A stretch of DNA of 64,000 bases from an uncultured Ignavibacteriales bacterium (GTDB lineage: Bacteria > Zixibacteria > MSB-5A5 > GN15 > FEB-12). The position numbers were made by a program, and so were the translations under genes. Under the pieces are notes generated by a model. The model saw nothing but the letters and a program-made list of their open reading frames with translations, searched no databases and was not told where the DNA came from. This document shows positions 9,580 to 18,771 of the stretch, one piece after another (the first letter of the stretch is position 1; each line of letters starts with the position of its first letter). The DNA lies in assembly GCA_964397415.1 (NCBI GenBank), contig CAYNIJ010000016.1, forward strand, positions 5,048 through 69,047, written 5' to 3'.

Positions 9580-11456
9580 CAGAATGCCTGCCCCACGCTG
9601 ATATGCACTTGGGTGGTTTTGGCAATATCCGAGATCGGCGCGGCGACATCGAGGCGGATCGGACCGATCGGTGTGGTAACGCGAATTCCAAGGCCAGCCG
9701 AGTAACGAAGATCATCCAGGGGAGAATCGAAAGCGCCGAGCCAGACATTTCCGAGATCACAGAACGCCGCGCCGGTGAGGAGGCCAATTATCGGAAAGCG
9801 GAGTTCGACATTTGCCTCAAACAGACTTCGGCCGCCAACGGGGTCACCATCAATTTGGGGTCCCAGTTCCTGGCGAGCCCACCCACGGACGGAGTTACTT
9901 CCGCCGGAGAAGAGCCGTTCCTCAAAGGGGATGATATCCTCATCCGAAAACTCTTTGGCTCCACCGATCTTGGCGCGCAAAGCCAGTGTGAACGGCTTGA
10001 AGAACTGGTAATGCCGCGCTTCGCTCACTACTTTCCAGAAATGGAAATCGGATCCAAATCCGAGTCCACTCAGGGTTAGATTCGTCGCAAGAAAGAGCCC
10101 GCGGGTAGGAGAGAACATTGGCCTTGAGTTTTCGAACTGACCGCCCAGCGCTATCGTTGATTTGGTGTACTCCTCAGCATCGATATCCCCGGTCACCGCG
10201 CGTTGGGCCGCGGATATATCGAGGTTCTTCACATCTTCGTAGGTATAAGTCGCCGCGCCACTAAAGTGATCCGTAAAGGTGTGGCTAAGTTGAATATCTC
10301 CGCCGATTCGGCGCACCTCAAATGCTTCCTCATCCTGTCTCCACAGATAAGGACCAGCGGTTAGGGTGGTGCGCGGATGAATGAACGCCGGTTGAATGAC
10401 ACTCAAGCGAACGAGATATGGCTCGATCTTTGAGTGTTTGGCGTACAGACGCAGAGTGCGTGGGCCGCCCAGAAAGCCGTACTTACGCATATCGCCATAG
10501 ACTCGGAACTGCTCTTCCCGGCCATAGCCGAGACCTACCTTGACTTTGTAGCGCGCTCCTTCGCGAACGGCAACGGTGACCGGGATCTGCCCCGTTGCCG
10601 AATCACCGAGTTGAGGATGGACAGTCGCGACCTGGAACATCCCAAGACCATACACCTGCTTTTGCGAACGGAGCACTAACCGGCGGTCATAACGCTGTCC
10701 CGGCTTATAGGCCAGCATGCGGGAGATGGAGCGATCGGTGAAGCGTTCATTTCCGGCGATAGTCGTCTCACCAAAGGTCGTCAGTGGTCCGGTTGAGATA
10801 TTCCAATGCACGATCACCCGTGAGGTGAGGGTGTCTATGAAAAGCTGGTGACCAATTTTGGAGTACGGATACCCCTGGTTGGACATCATGAGGATCAGGC
10901 TATCGCGATCGATCAGAAGCGAAGAGTCGCGGAAGCGATTCCCCCGTTGCATCATGAACTCATCGCGGGCCTTGTGCAATTGCCAGTGGAGTATGGTCCG
11001 TTCGGACTCGTCGATATCGGGGATCTCGTAGCCAACACTATCAATGACGATCGGCTCGCCTTCATCGATCACGATCCGAAGTTTGATCTCATCCTTGCGC
11101 GGATCGTACTTATGCACTTCCGGCTCATTAATCGTCGCGCGCACAAAACCTTCTTGCTGATAAAATCGTCGGACCTTGGCGATTCCTTCGCTGATCAGGT
11201 CGGGGTCGTAGAGATAGGTGTCATCGTCACCAAAAATGCCGGAGACACCGGATGAACCGCCGGACTTCAGAATTGTCTGCAGCTCACCGTCGGAGAATGT
11301 TTCATTCCCTGCAAAATCGATCTTCGTAACCTTGGCACCGGATTGGGCCAGGACACTCGATGTGAAGAGAAAGCCGAATAAAATGAAAAATGAGACGAGA
11401 AGCCGCAAGGAGGGGGAATGAGAGCTGTATCTTACCGGCTCGTGTGACATAGTCAT
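9579..11456 (-). CDS. tamA: Omp85-family outer membrane protein, TamA/BamA-like (POTRA repeats plus beta-barrel)
   Basis: 625 aa with a signal peptide and POTRA-like N-terminal repeats. The barrel ends ...HISVGQAF. It is genetically coupled to tamB. Confidence 0.8.
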   Translation of the reverse strand: MTMSHEPVRYSSHSPSLRLLVSFFILFGFLFTSSVLAQSGAKVTKIDFAGNETFSDGELQTILKSGGSSGVSGIFGDDDTYLYDPDLISEGIAKVRRFYQQEGFVRATINEPEVHKYDPRKDEIKLRIVIDEGEPIVIDSVGYEIPDIDESERTILHWQLHKARDEFMMQRGNRFRDSSLLIDRDSLILMMSNQGYPYSKIGHQLFIDTLTSRVIVHWNISTGPLTTFGETTIAGNERFTDRSISRMLAYKPGQRYDRRLVLRSQKQVYGLGMFQVATVHPQLGDSATGQIPVTVAVREGARYKVKVGLGYGREEQFRVYGDMRKYGFLGGPRTLRLYAKHSKIEPYLVRLSVIQPAFIHPRTTLTAGPYLWRQDEEAFEVRRIGGDIQLSHTFTDHFSGAATYTYEDVKNLDISAAQRAVTGDIDAEEYTKSTIALGGQFENSRPMFSPTRGLFLATNLTLSGLGFGSDFHFWKVVSEARHYQFFKPFTLALRAKIGGAKEFSDEDIIPFEERLFSGGSNSVRGWARQELGPQIDGDPVGGRSLFEANVELRFPIIGLLTGAAFCDLGNVWLGAFDSPLDDLRYSAGLGIRVTTPIGPIRLDVAAPISDIAKTTQVHISVGQAF

Positions 11457-11487
11457 CAGCTCCGGAGACTCTCCGGGCGTTCGCGCC

Positions 11488-12255
11488 CTATGTTCGCGAG
11501 GAATCCTGCGCGGGCGGTTGGGGGCGGAATTCCGGCTTGAGCATTTTGCCCAGGCGCTCCAGAGGTATTGAGATCACTTGCACTCCCGCGGCGTAGGGGG
11601 CGACCGCGTACGGTTCGAAGAATATCACCAGATCGCGGGGCGCGAGCATAAAGCGGGAGAATTTGGCCAGATCCGGCTCAGTGCCGACCTCAACCATCTC
11701 CTCATTAAACATCTCGCCCAGAACCTGTCGAAGCTCCGCGCGGGAGATGACCGAAAGACTGTCCGCAACCCTGGCCCGTCGTTCGAACAAGTCAGGAAGG
11801 AGTAGTAGTTTCCTGGTCGACAGATTGAAATTCAGCGTCGTGACGGTGGTCATGCCATGCGCGCCGCCGGTGTAGGAGTACTCATCAAACTTGAAACAGG
11901 CGATATTTGGCGGGAATACGGACGAACTGTAATTGATATCAAGTTCCGCTTGCCAGGCCGGAGATTCAGAGCTATCCGGTGCCGCCGTAAGAAAGCTGTC
12001 GATCTGGGCCCGCACGAACTGCTCTATGAGCGTATCGACGATCGGCTCGCCGGTGCGCGGAAAGCGCGCGGAGTACTGGTATCTGGCGGTGGAATCGCTA
12101 AGCGCGGCTGGTTCTTCTAGGGGGAGCAAACCAAGAGTATCGCCGGCCTCGAGAGAGAAGATATCCGCTGGAGCCGGCTCCTGAACTACTTCCTTCTCTT
12201 TTGTACAGCCAGAAACAAGCAGGATCAGGAGACTGGAAAGAACCGCGATCTTCAC
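11488..12255 (-). CDS. Lipoprotein with DUF4163/DUF3298-like (RsiV-type) fold
   Basis: The ORF track gives 11488..12420. I prefer the internal GTG at 12255, which yields (M)KIAVLSSLLILLVSGC, a lipobox. The upstream extension is Cys/Arg-rich and unprotein-like. Family call rests on ...YSYTGGAHGM..., typical of DUF3298. Confidence 0.6.
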   Translation of the reverse strand: MKIAVLSSLLILLVSGCTKEKEVVQEPAPADIFSLEAGDTLGLLPLEEPAALSDSTARYQYSARFPRTGEPIVDTLIEQFVRAQIDSFLTAAPDSSESPAWQAELDINYSSSVFPPNIACFKFDEYSYTGGAHGMTTVTTLNFNLSTRKLLLLPDLFERRARVADSLSVISRAELRQVLGEMFNEEMVEVGTEPDLAKFSRFMLAPRDLVIFFEPYAVAPYAAGVQVISIPLERLGKMLKPEFRPQPPAQDSSRT

Positions 12256-12482
12256 TATTGTTGCTCCGGTTGGCGAGTGGCCGATATTCTGGTTTTGAGT
12301 GCCATTTTCATACCTAAAATGCAAAGATGCAGAGGAAGTTTCCGCAACGCAAGCAAATCGGCAGAATGGTCCATGTCTGAGTATTTCGGACACCACACAG
12401 CGTATGAAGCCCCGACACATCAGCAGCAGAATTCAGGATGTGGCTGATAATAGATTCGAACAAGAGAAGCTAATCACCGCCA

Positions 12483-12519
12483 TGAAAACAACGACGGGAT
12501 GGCGGACCCGCCATCCCGT
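12483..12519 (-). terminator. Intrinsic terminator downstream of the octaheme cytochrome gene
   Basis: Minus strand reads ACGGGAUGGCGG-GU-CCGCCAUCCCGU followed by CGUUGUUUUC. This is a 12-bp GC-rich stem plus a U-rich tail, about 30 nt after the stop. Confidence 0.65.
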
Positions 12520-12547
12520 GAAAACCTGCAAACTCAAGCGCTACAGG

Positions 12548-13795
12548 TTAGCCTTTGCGCCCCTTGTGGTTGGCGCGCATTTCGGCGGCCATCTCCCGGA
12601 TCTCCGTCAGATCGCGCACCATCTCGGACCACCCATACCAGAGCGAATAATCCGGGTTATTATGGAACGCGCCCTGGAATGCCCGCATCCGATGTTCCAG
12701 ATGCATGGCGAACAGTTTCTGCTCGATACTGGTTGGCGCGTCATGGAACGTCAGCAGATCCGGGAACGCGCTGGCATATCCGGCGGGTTTCGCGAGGATG
12801 CCGTCGGCATAGAGAGACGCGATCTCACGGATGGCCTGCGCCAGCAGGTGATCTACCTCGCGGATCAGGTCATCCCCTTTCGCCAACTCCGCTTTGGCGA
12901 AGTTTTCGGAGTGACACTGTCCGCAGGCGCTGATCATTTTGTTCCGTTCACGGTCGAAATCCTCCTGAGTCAACCGAGCGACATCGGCGGCCTTAACCGC
13001 ATCGAGCCGTCCGGTCGGCTTGCCGGTTGGGTCGAGCACACCGAGCGCCTGCAGGATGGTCACCTGATCGGCGGCCCACTGCGAATCCGCTGGCAATGGC
13101 AAGCGAACCGCAAGGAATCCCCAGGCGGTGCGGACTTCGTGGTTACCTTCCTGCATATGACAATCCTGACAGGTCGGCGCGGATGCCGATTCCGGGAGCG
13201 TACCGTTCTGCTTCAGCAGATAGCGGACGCCATGCTTGGAAGACGAGTACATCTCCCACTGCGGGTGGTCGAACCCCATATGGCAGGTCTGACAGGCCTG
13301 CGGTTGTTTCGCTTCGATGACTGAGAACGTGTGTCGAGTATGGCAGGCATCGCAGGACGCATTGCCGAATCCGGGGTTATCGGTCTTGAGCTTCTTCAGC
13401 TCCTCGTCGGATTTGATCCCGATTTTGTGGCAACCGCCGCATCCCTTCATGCCATCGATAAGCGCGACCGGATGGGCATGCGTGGTCGGCATTGCTTTGA
13501 GAGCGGTCCAGGCATGAGCATGCTTCCCCTTCATGAACTGCTCAGTCTGCTGGCTGTGGCATTCGCCGCAAGTCTGCGGAGTCGGAAGCGTGACTTTGTC
13601 GACATCGGCGGCACTGGTATGGTCAGTTCCGTGGCAGCCGTCGCAGCCGATATCATTGGCGGCATGCTTTGAGAGTTGCCAGTCCGTCACAATATTCGGT
13701 GTGATCTTGGAATGGCATTCCTGGCAGGTCTCTGCCGAGCTGACGACCGGGAGCAGTAGCGCCAGTGCCGCCAGAATAAAGAGCAAGCGTTTCAT
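12548..13795 (-). CDS. Secreted octaheme c-type cytochrome, hydroxylamine-oxidoreductase (HAO)-family-like
   Basis: 415 aa with a signal peptide and eight CxxCH motifs: CQECH, CDGCH, CGECH, CGGCH, CDACH, CQTCH, CQDCH, CGQCH. The C-terminal helical region carries ...HNNPDYSLWYGWSE.... Confidence 0.8.
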   Translation of the reverse strand: MKRLLFILAALALLLPVVSSAETCQECHSKITPNIVTDWQLSKHAANDIGCDGCHGTDHTSAADVDKVTLPTPQTCGECHSQQTEQFMKGKHAHAWTALKAMPTTHAHPVALIDGMKGCGGCHKIGIKSDEELKKLKTDNPGFGNASCDACHTRHTFSVIEAKQPQACQTCHMGFDHPQWEMYSSSKHGVRYLLKQNGTLPESASAPTCQDCHMQEGNHEVRTAWGFLAVRLPLPADSQWAADQVTILQALGVLDPTGKPTGRLDAVKAADVARLTQEDFDRERNKMISACGQCHSENFAKAELAKGDDLIREVDHLLAQAIREIASLYADGILAKPAGYASAFPDLLTFHDAPTSIEQKLFAMHLEHRMRAFQGAFHNNPDYSLWYGWSEMVRDLTEIREMAAEMRANHKGRKG

Positions 13796-13883
13796 ACGTA
13801 CCTCGTAGAATCAAAATGGGAGAATCACCCCATGCTAACAGTTTGGTTTGGCGTGATGATATGGGAATGAGATAGGGACTCCC

Positions 13884-13897
13884 TTGACTTTAGTCAA
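13884..13897. promoter_or_regulatory. FNR/CRP-family-type palindrome TTGAC-N4-GTCAA
   Basis: Perfect inverted repeat TTGACTTTAGTCAA. It is centred about 95 bp upstream of the cytochrome ATG (13795), in the divergent intergenic region. Confidence 0.35.
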
Positions 13898-14005
13898 CAT
13901 CAACTGAAACGATTTCCTCTCTCAAAGAGGACTGCTGGCAGTCCACTCTTCAGGTCAACTGAGCTTTTGCCGACCTAGTCCTTATCAGCAGATTGGAGAT
14001 CAAAC

Positions 14006-14800
14006 GTGGTTGCCTATCTACCTTACTTATTGGTTGGACTTGTTGTCTGGGGGATCTTTGCCTTGATCCGGCACTCTCGGCGACTTATGGCCGAGCAAAA
14101 GCAGATGTTGCAGGAGCTCGGTTTCACAGAAGTGACCGCAATCGACAGCGAATTAACCGCCAAGGTAAACCGGCTGCGGAATATCGGACGTGGGAATGTC
14201 AGGATAACCAAAGCATACTCGCGACGTCAGGGGTACTACACGCTCTATTTCCTTTATGTCTGGACCGGGAGCAAGTCGGAGAATTCAACACAGTGGACAG
14301 CGGCAATCGTTTCGTCTGAACTGGATCTTCCCACTTTTGCCATTTCGCCCGCGCTCCCGATCAAGGGGAAACTGGGCGAATGGTTGAACAGTGCTATTAC
14401 CTGGGCGGTCCAACGCCGTGGGATGTCTCGCGTTGAGATACCGAAAGAAACCGGATGCGCGGAGAGCCACTATTTGTTCGCGGAGAAACCAGAACTGGCC
14501 GCTGGATTTTTCCCGACCCAGTTCTGGGAACGGATAGCGACCGACAAGCATCGTTTGATGCTCGAAGGGAGCGGTGAGATGCTGCTCTTCTGGTCGATGC
14601 CCGGCACGGACAAAGAGAGCCGTCGGGTCAACTGGGTGGGGAATCGCGAGGCGGTACGTTTACGGATGGATATCGCAGAACGACTGTTTGGATGGATGCG
14701 CGAATGTGGCAAAGTAGCGCAAAAGAGTCAGGCGCGGAATCTGTCGGGAGTGCTGAATGGCATCAGCGCTATCCAGGCGGAGCGTGATCACTCCGCCTGA
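14006..14800 (+). CDS. Hypothetical protein with N-terminal TM anchor
   Basis: 264-aa ORF with a GTG start and GGAG 7 nt upstream. One N-terminal hydrophobic helix. No family recognised. Confidence 0.5.
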   Translation: MVAYLPYLLVGLVVWGIFALIRHSRRLMAEQKQMLQELGFTEVTAIDSELTAKVNRLRNIGRGNVRITKAYSRRQGYYTLYFLYVWTGSKSENSTQWTAAIVSSELDLPTFAISPALPIKGKLGEWLNSAITWAVQRRGMSRVEIPKETGCAESHYLFAEKPELAAGFFPTQFWERIATDKHRLMLEGSGEMLLFWSMPGTDKESRRVNWVGNREAVRLRMDIAERLFGWMRECGKVAQKSQARNLSGVLNGISAIQAERDHSA

Positions 14801-14816
14801 ATCAGAGCGCTTAAGA

Positions 14817-16808
14817 TCATGCCGGTTTGAACACTATCGCGTCGACGATCGAGCGTGAGTTCTTACCGATCAGCTCAAGCAATTGGCCGTACATCTCTCT
14901 TGGTTGCAATGACCGCTTCAGCGTGATCACCTGCTTCAGGAGAATCCCGTCGGATGTCTGTTCCGAGGTGCAGGTAAGGGTTCCAAACTCATTCTCAATA
15001 CTGATAGGTTCAGGCAGAGCGGCGGCGACCCATCCGGCAGGCGGCGTGATAGCGAAAGTCTGCTCGATCCGTCTGGTGAATCCAACCCAGACAGGATTTT
15101 GACGGGCCGTAGTATCCATAGAGAGCATCGATTCAACCATCGACGTCATCAAATCGGCGCTTTGCAGCACCATCTCCTGCGGAGTTGTCATCACCAGGTT
15201 ACCGATGGTGTAGTCGTAGTCAACAATGAACGGCTGGTCTATCAGGCTGTCGTTGGTGATAGTCAGCGAATTGACTGTCAGATCCGCGCCGGGGAAATGA
15301 AGCGCCGACTTGAGCGAATCGATCACTTCCTTTCGGTCGATAGTGCGAATGTCGTACCGTGCGCGGTAGGCGTAGCTCCCCTGGTAGGTGCGCCGCTGTT
15401 TGACGCCCACCATACCATTGGAGTCAATGGCTATCTGGAAATCACCGCTTAGGATATTCTTCTCGGTGGTATCCACCGGGATCTTCCACTGACGGGCAAA
15501 ACTCTCATCCGAGACTATGACCGTCGGCTGGTCCTGATAGAAATCCGGAACCTGCCCGACAGGGAGCCGTATCGAGGCGGGAAAGACTATCTGCACGCGG
15601 TTGTCGAGGTGGGCCAGCAGGGCCGGCACCTGCACCTGGTCGACAGAGATGAAGCTGGCATCGAAATAGCCACTGTACGCGTCATGAACCAGCAAGTAAT
15701 CGCTGTCGATCCCCGCGTGACTCAGCATATTCCTGGCGAGGCCCGTGATGTCGTAGATATTCCCGCGTTTCAGTTTGAGTGTCTTGCCGGGGTCGCCATC
15801 GTTTCCTTCCGGATACCAAATGATATTCGTGGAGACATACTCAACGATGGCTTTGAGCCGTTCCTGCTGGGTGATCTTGCCCGCAATCAGCGAATCAGCC
15901 ACGGCGCTGACTTGCTTGGACTCCTTTTCGCTCTTTTTGATGGCGTATTTGCGGAAGCGTTTGGCGACCTCATCCCAGGTATTCACCAGCTCCGGCTTGA
16001 TATCTTCCATCTTGAGGTAGGTGACCCGGAAGTTGAGGTATTTCGCGACCTGCTTGTATGGTGGCGCATACGGTTCGTACTGGAGCGCGGGGATATCCGA
16101 CGCTTCGTAGACCATAAGGGTCTTGCGTGATTTTTCGTCCTGACGATACTGCACCGGGATCGATCTGTTCGGCCCGATATTCTTGATCTGGATCGTCCAC
16201 CAGTTGGGATAGGCGTAGGTGAAGCTCAGCTTCTCGCACGGGATAGTGAACTGCAAAGGAATATCGTGCTCCAGGGGTGGAAACCAGTAGGCAACATCAT
16301 AACGGAACTCATACCCGATCGTAACGATGGTTCCCTTCTTCACATTGGGAAACGCTATCTTGTAATCCTTGTCACCGTCGGCGGTTTTGTATTCCTGCAG
16401 GTCTTTTGTTCCAAAGAATTTCACCGTACCATCGGGATACGACACACGGATATAGAACTTGTCCGGTTTGAACCCGATATTGTAGCTGGCCAGATCATCA
16501 TCCTCGGGGTTGAGGATCAGATATTCACACTTATAGACATTGCTGTAGGTCCAGTCTGCACCGAGGCTCCCGAACAGAGCCGCGCCGACAGACATATTCT
16601 TGCTGCCGGAATGCTCGATCGTCTCGTCGATATTGAGGAATACGCCGTCGTAAGACGAATATTTGGCCGCATACGCTTCGCGGTCGATGGTCGGCAATGG
16701 AATATTCGGTACTTCATCCGGGGATTCGAGTTTGACCAACTGCGGGGCACGCGGACATCCCGCCGCAAAAAACGCGGCGAGCGTACAGAGAAAGATCAGC
16801 CGTCTCAT
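14817..16808 (-). CDS. DUF3857/transglutaminase-like lipoprotein, paralogue lacking the core Cys
   Basis: 663 aa with lipobox FFAAGC. At the position of the transglutaminase core it reads RGNIYDITGLARNML, with no Cys. Its ATG overlaps the upstream stop by 4 nt (ATGA). Confidence 0.7.
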   Translation of the reverse strand: MRRLIFLCTLAAFFAAGCPRAPQLVKLESPDEVPNIPLPTIDREAYAAKYSSYDGVFLNIDETIEHSGSKNMSVGAALFGSLGADWTYSNVYKCEYLILNPEDDDLASYNIGFKPDKFYIRVSYPDGTVKFFGTKDLQEYKTADGDKDYKIAFPNVKKGTIVTIGYEFRYDVAYWFPPLEHDIPLQFTIPCEKLSFTYAYPNWWTIQIKNIGPNRSIPVQYRQDEKSRKTLMVYEASDIPALQYEPYAPPYKQVAKYLNFRVTYLKMEDIKPELVNTWDEVAKRFRKYAIKKSEKESKQVSAVADSLIAGKITQQERLKAIVEYVSTNIIWYPEGNDGDPGKTLKLKRGNIYDITGLARNMLSHAGIDSDYLLVHDAYSGYFDASFISVDQVQVPALLAHLDNRVQIVFPASIRLPVGQVPDFYQDQPTVIVSDESFARQWKIPVDTTEKNILSGDFQIAIDSNGMVGVKQRRTYQGSYAYRARYDIRTIDRKEVIDSLKSALHFPGADLTVNSLTITNDSLIDQPFIVDYDYTIGNLVMTTPQEMVLQSADLMTSMVESMLSMDTTARQNPVWVGFTRRIEQTFAITPPAGWVAAALPEPISIENEFGTLTCTSEQTSDGILLKQVITLKRSLQPREMYGQLLELIGKNSRSIVDAIVFKPA

Positions 16809-18652
16809 TGGGTTACTCCCGATATAACAAACATGTTCTTCTTCTCGGCCAGGTATCGGCGCCAGTGCTCGAGGGTGGCGGCTTTCGCGTCGCCTGAGAG
16901 CACCTTTGCGAATTTGCGTACTTCGTAGTTGATCTCGAGCCCGGCATCGGTGCGCCTGCAGATCGCGCGATAGAATCCGGTAGAATCGTTGCCGAACGAC
17001 GCCGAATCGATCTCCGACGCGGCCGTTGCACCGCGAAGCAGCAGATCGAGCGTGACGTGCCGTCGACGTTCATAAAAAAGCGGCAGCGTATCATCGGCCC
17101 GCTGCAGCAGTTCACCCGTGTCAAAACTGAGAGGTGTGCGCGTGACGTAGCGACTGCTGGGAGTGTTGATGACGAACCGTGACAGGTCAGCATCCGCGCT
17201 GATGGTCATCTCCCGGGCGCCATTCTCCGTGATCTTGCAGTTAGAGAAAGGTATTTGAGGAAGGCAGGTTGTCACGTATTCGTTAAGCATCTCCTGCAGA
17301 CTTCGACCTGACTGCTCCGCCTGATTGTATCGGATCGCGGCCATCTGGTCACGGCGAATAATGATCGTGCCGCGCGCCTGCTTGAGTGAATCTATGTGTG
17401 CCTCGAAACTGAACTCCATCGAAGGGGTCGTCCAGTCGGTTGTTACCGGGATCAGGCGGGGCTGCCGCGGATGAAGGATAAGCGCGGGATGACCCACGAT
17501 CGTCTCGGGCGGATCTTCCAACTCATGATGGCGGGCGGTCGGGTCGAAGAAGATCTCGCGCGTACTATCTTTGTAGTAGCAGATAACATGATTGAAGAGC
17601 CCGATGTGCAGCGCTTTCATCGGCACACGTATCTCGGTCGAGACCAACCCCATGTGGACAGTGAGACCGAGTTCACGCGCCAGAGCGCAGATCAGATAGG
17701 CTCTATCTTTACAGTCGCCAAAGCTCCGCGCCAGTACATAGGCAGGCTTGTGCGGATAGATGCTATGATCATCGCGGGAATCGAACAGATACCGGATATT
17801 ATGACGGACCCAGTCATGTATCCCTCTCAATTGATCAATAGGTGACGAGAGCGTTCGCAGGCTATCAAGCCACGGCAGGGACATCACCGTATCAAGTCGC
17901 GGTTCTAGATCCACTTCTTTGGCGTACCATCGGATGAAGTGCACCGGATCGGATGGAGTCTCCAGTTCCTGCTGGGTGACCATCGGAATTATGACGGCGT
18001 GCAGATCGTTGAACGGATAGACATAAAGCTGAGGTCTTTTCGCCAGAGGGCGGAAATAGATCGAGGTCTGCTTATTCGAGGGGCGTTCTATATGGTATTC
18101 CGCCGCTGGATTGCAAAGATAGATATCAAAGTCAATAGTCACATTCGCCGGATGATTGTAAACGACATGATAGACCGCCTGTGAATCAAGATTCCTCACA
18201 TGCAACATCGGCAGGTAGCCGATATCATCGAAATCCTGCACAAATTCGTAGGCCATCAGGTCGTTGACCTTGGGAGTCTCCGGATAAAAGAGGTAGTGAA
18301 CTTTCGCATCCGAAAGAAAAACATCTCCCCCTTCGTACATCTCCGTGGAACGATACTTTCCAGTGAGCGGCTTGCGATTCAACGATGATTTAACCTGAGA
18401 CATCTTCCCATGTCCGGGCTCATACAGGACTATCCAGCGGTCATCGACCGGTCGAACATTAAGACAGGTCTGTTGCTCATTAACTGTAGCCTTGGCCTTA
18501 AAGCGGTCTTTAGATGTCTGGGTGATCGTGAAGGTCAGGGTCTTTTCGTAGACAGTTTGAGGGCCATCGGACGTGCGGCCGATCCCTGTCCCCAGCAAGA
18601 AGAGGAACAGTAACGTCACAAACGTGGAGTTGCGAACCTTCGAAGTAACCAT
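16805..18652 (-). CDS. DUF3857/transglutaminase-like protein with intact Cys core
   Basis: 615 aa with a signal peptide and core motif SFGDCKDRAYLICALARELGL, typical of the transglutaminase-like cysteine-protease fold. Confidence 0.75.
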   Translation of the reverse strand: MVTSKVRNSTFVTLLFLFLLGTGIGRTSDGPQTVYEKTLTFTITQTSKDRFKAKATVNEQQTCLNVRPVDDRWIVLYEPGHGKMSQVKSSLNRKPLTGKYRSTEMYEGGDVFLSDAKVHYLFYPETPKVNDLMAYEFVQDFDDIGYLPMLHVRNLDSQAVYHVVYNHPANVTIDFDIYLCNPAAEYHIERPSNKQTSIYFRPLAKRPQLYVYPFNDLHAVIIPMVTQQELETPSDPVHFIRWYAKEVDLEPRLDTVMSLPWLDSLRTLSSPIDQLRGIHDWVRHNIRYLFDSRDDHSIYPHKPAYVLARSFGDCKDRAYLICALARELGLTVHMGLVSTEIRVPMKALHIGLFNHVICYYKDSTREIFFDPTARHHELEDPPETIVGHPALILHPRQPRLIPVTTDWTTPSMEFSFEAHIDSLKQARGTIIIRRDQMAAIRYNQAEQSGRSLQEMLNEYVTTCLPQIPFSNCKITENGAREMTISADADLSRFVINTPSSRYVTRTPLSFDTGELLQRADDTLPLFYERRRHVTLDLLLRGATAASEIDSASFGNDSTGFYRAICRRTDAGLEINYEVRKFAKVLSGDAKAATLEHWRRYLAEKKNMFVISGVTQ

Positions 18653-18720
18653 CCCACCGGCAATATGGGCAACGGTATCCGGTTAGTCAATGGCTTTCAG
18701 GGTGGAGACAATTGACACAC

Positions 18721-18756
18721 AAAGAAAACGGACCCGGAGTGATCGGGTCCGTTTTG
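18721..18756 (-). terminator. Intrinsic (potentially bidirectional) terminator after msrBA
   Basis: AAAACGGACCCG-loop-CGGGUCCGUUUU, a 9-bp GC stem flanked by an A-run and a U-run. Confidence 0.7.
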
Positions 18757-18771
18757 GAGAGTGTAGTCTGC

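Noticed and set aside
12299-13324. 341-aa plus-strand ORF
   Set aside because: It lies entirely antisense to the octaheme cytochrome gene, whose eight CxxCH motifs make it the real gene. The antisense product is Arg/Gly/Pro-rich with no recognisable motif, the typical shadow ORF of GC-rich coding DNA.
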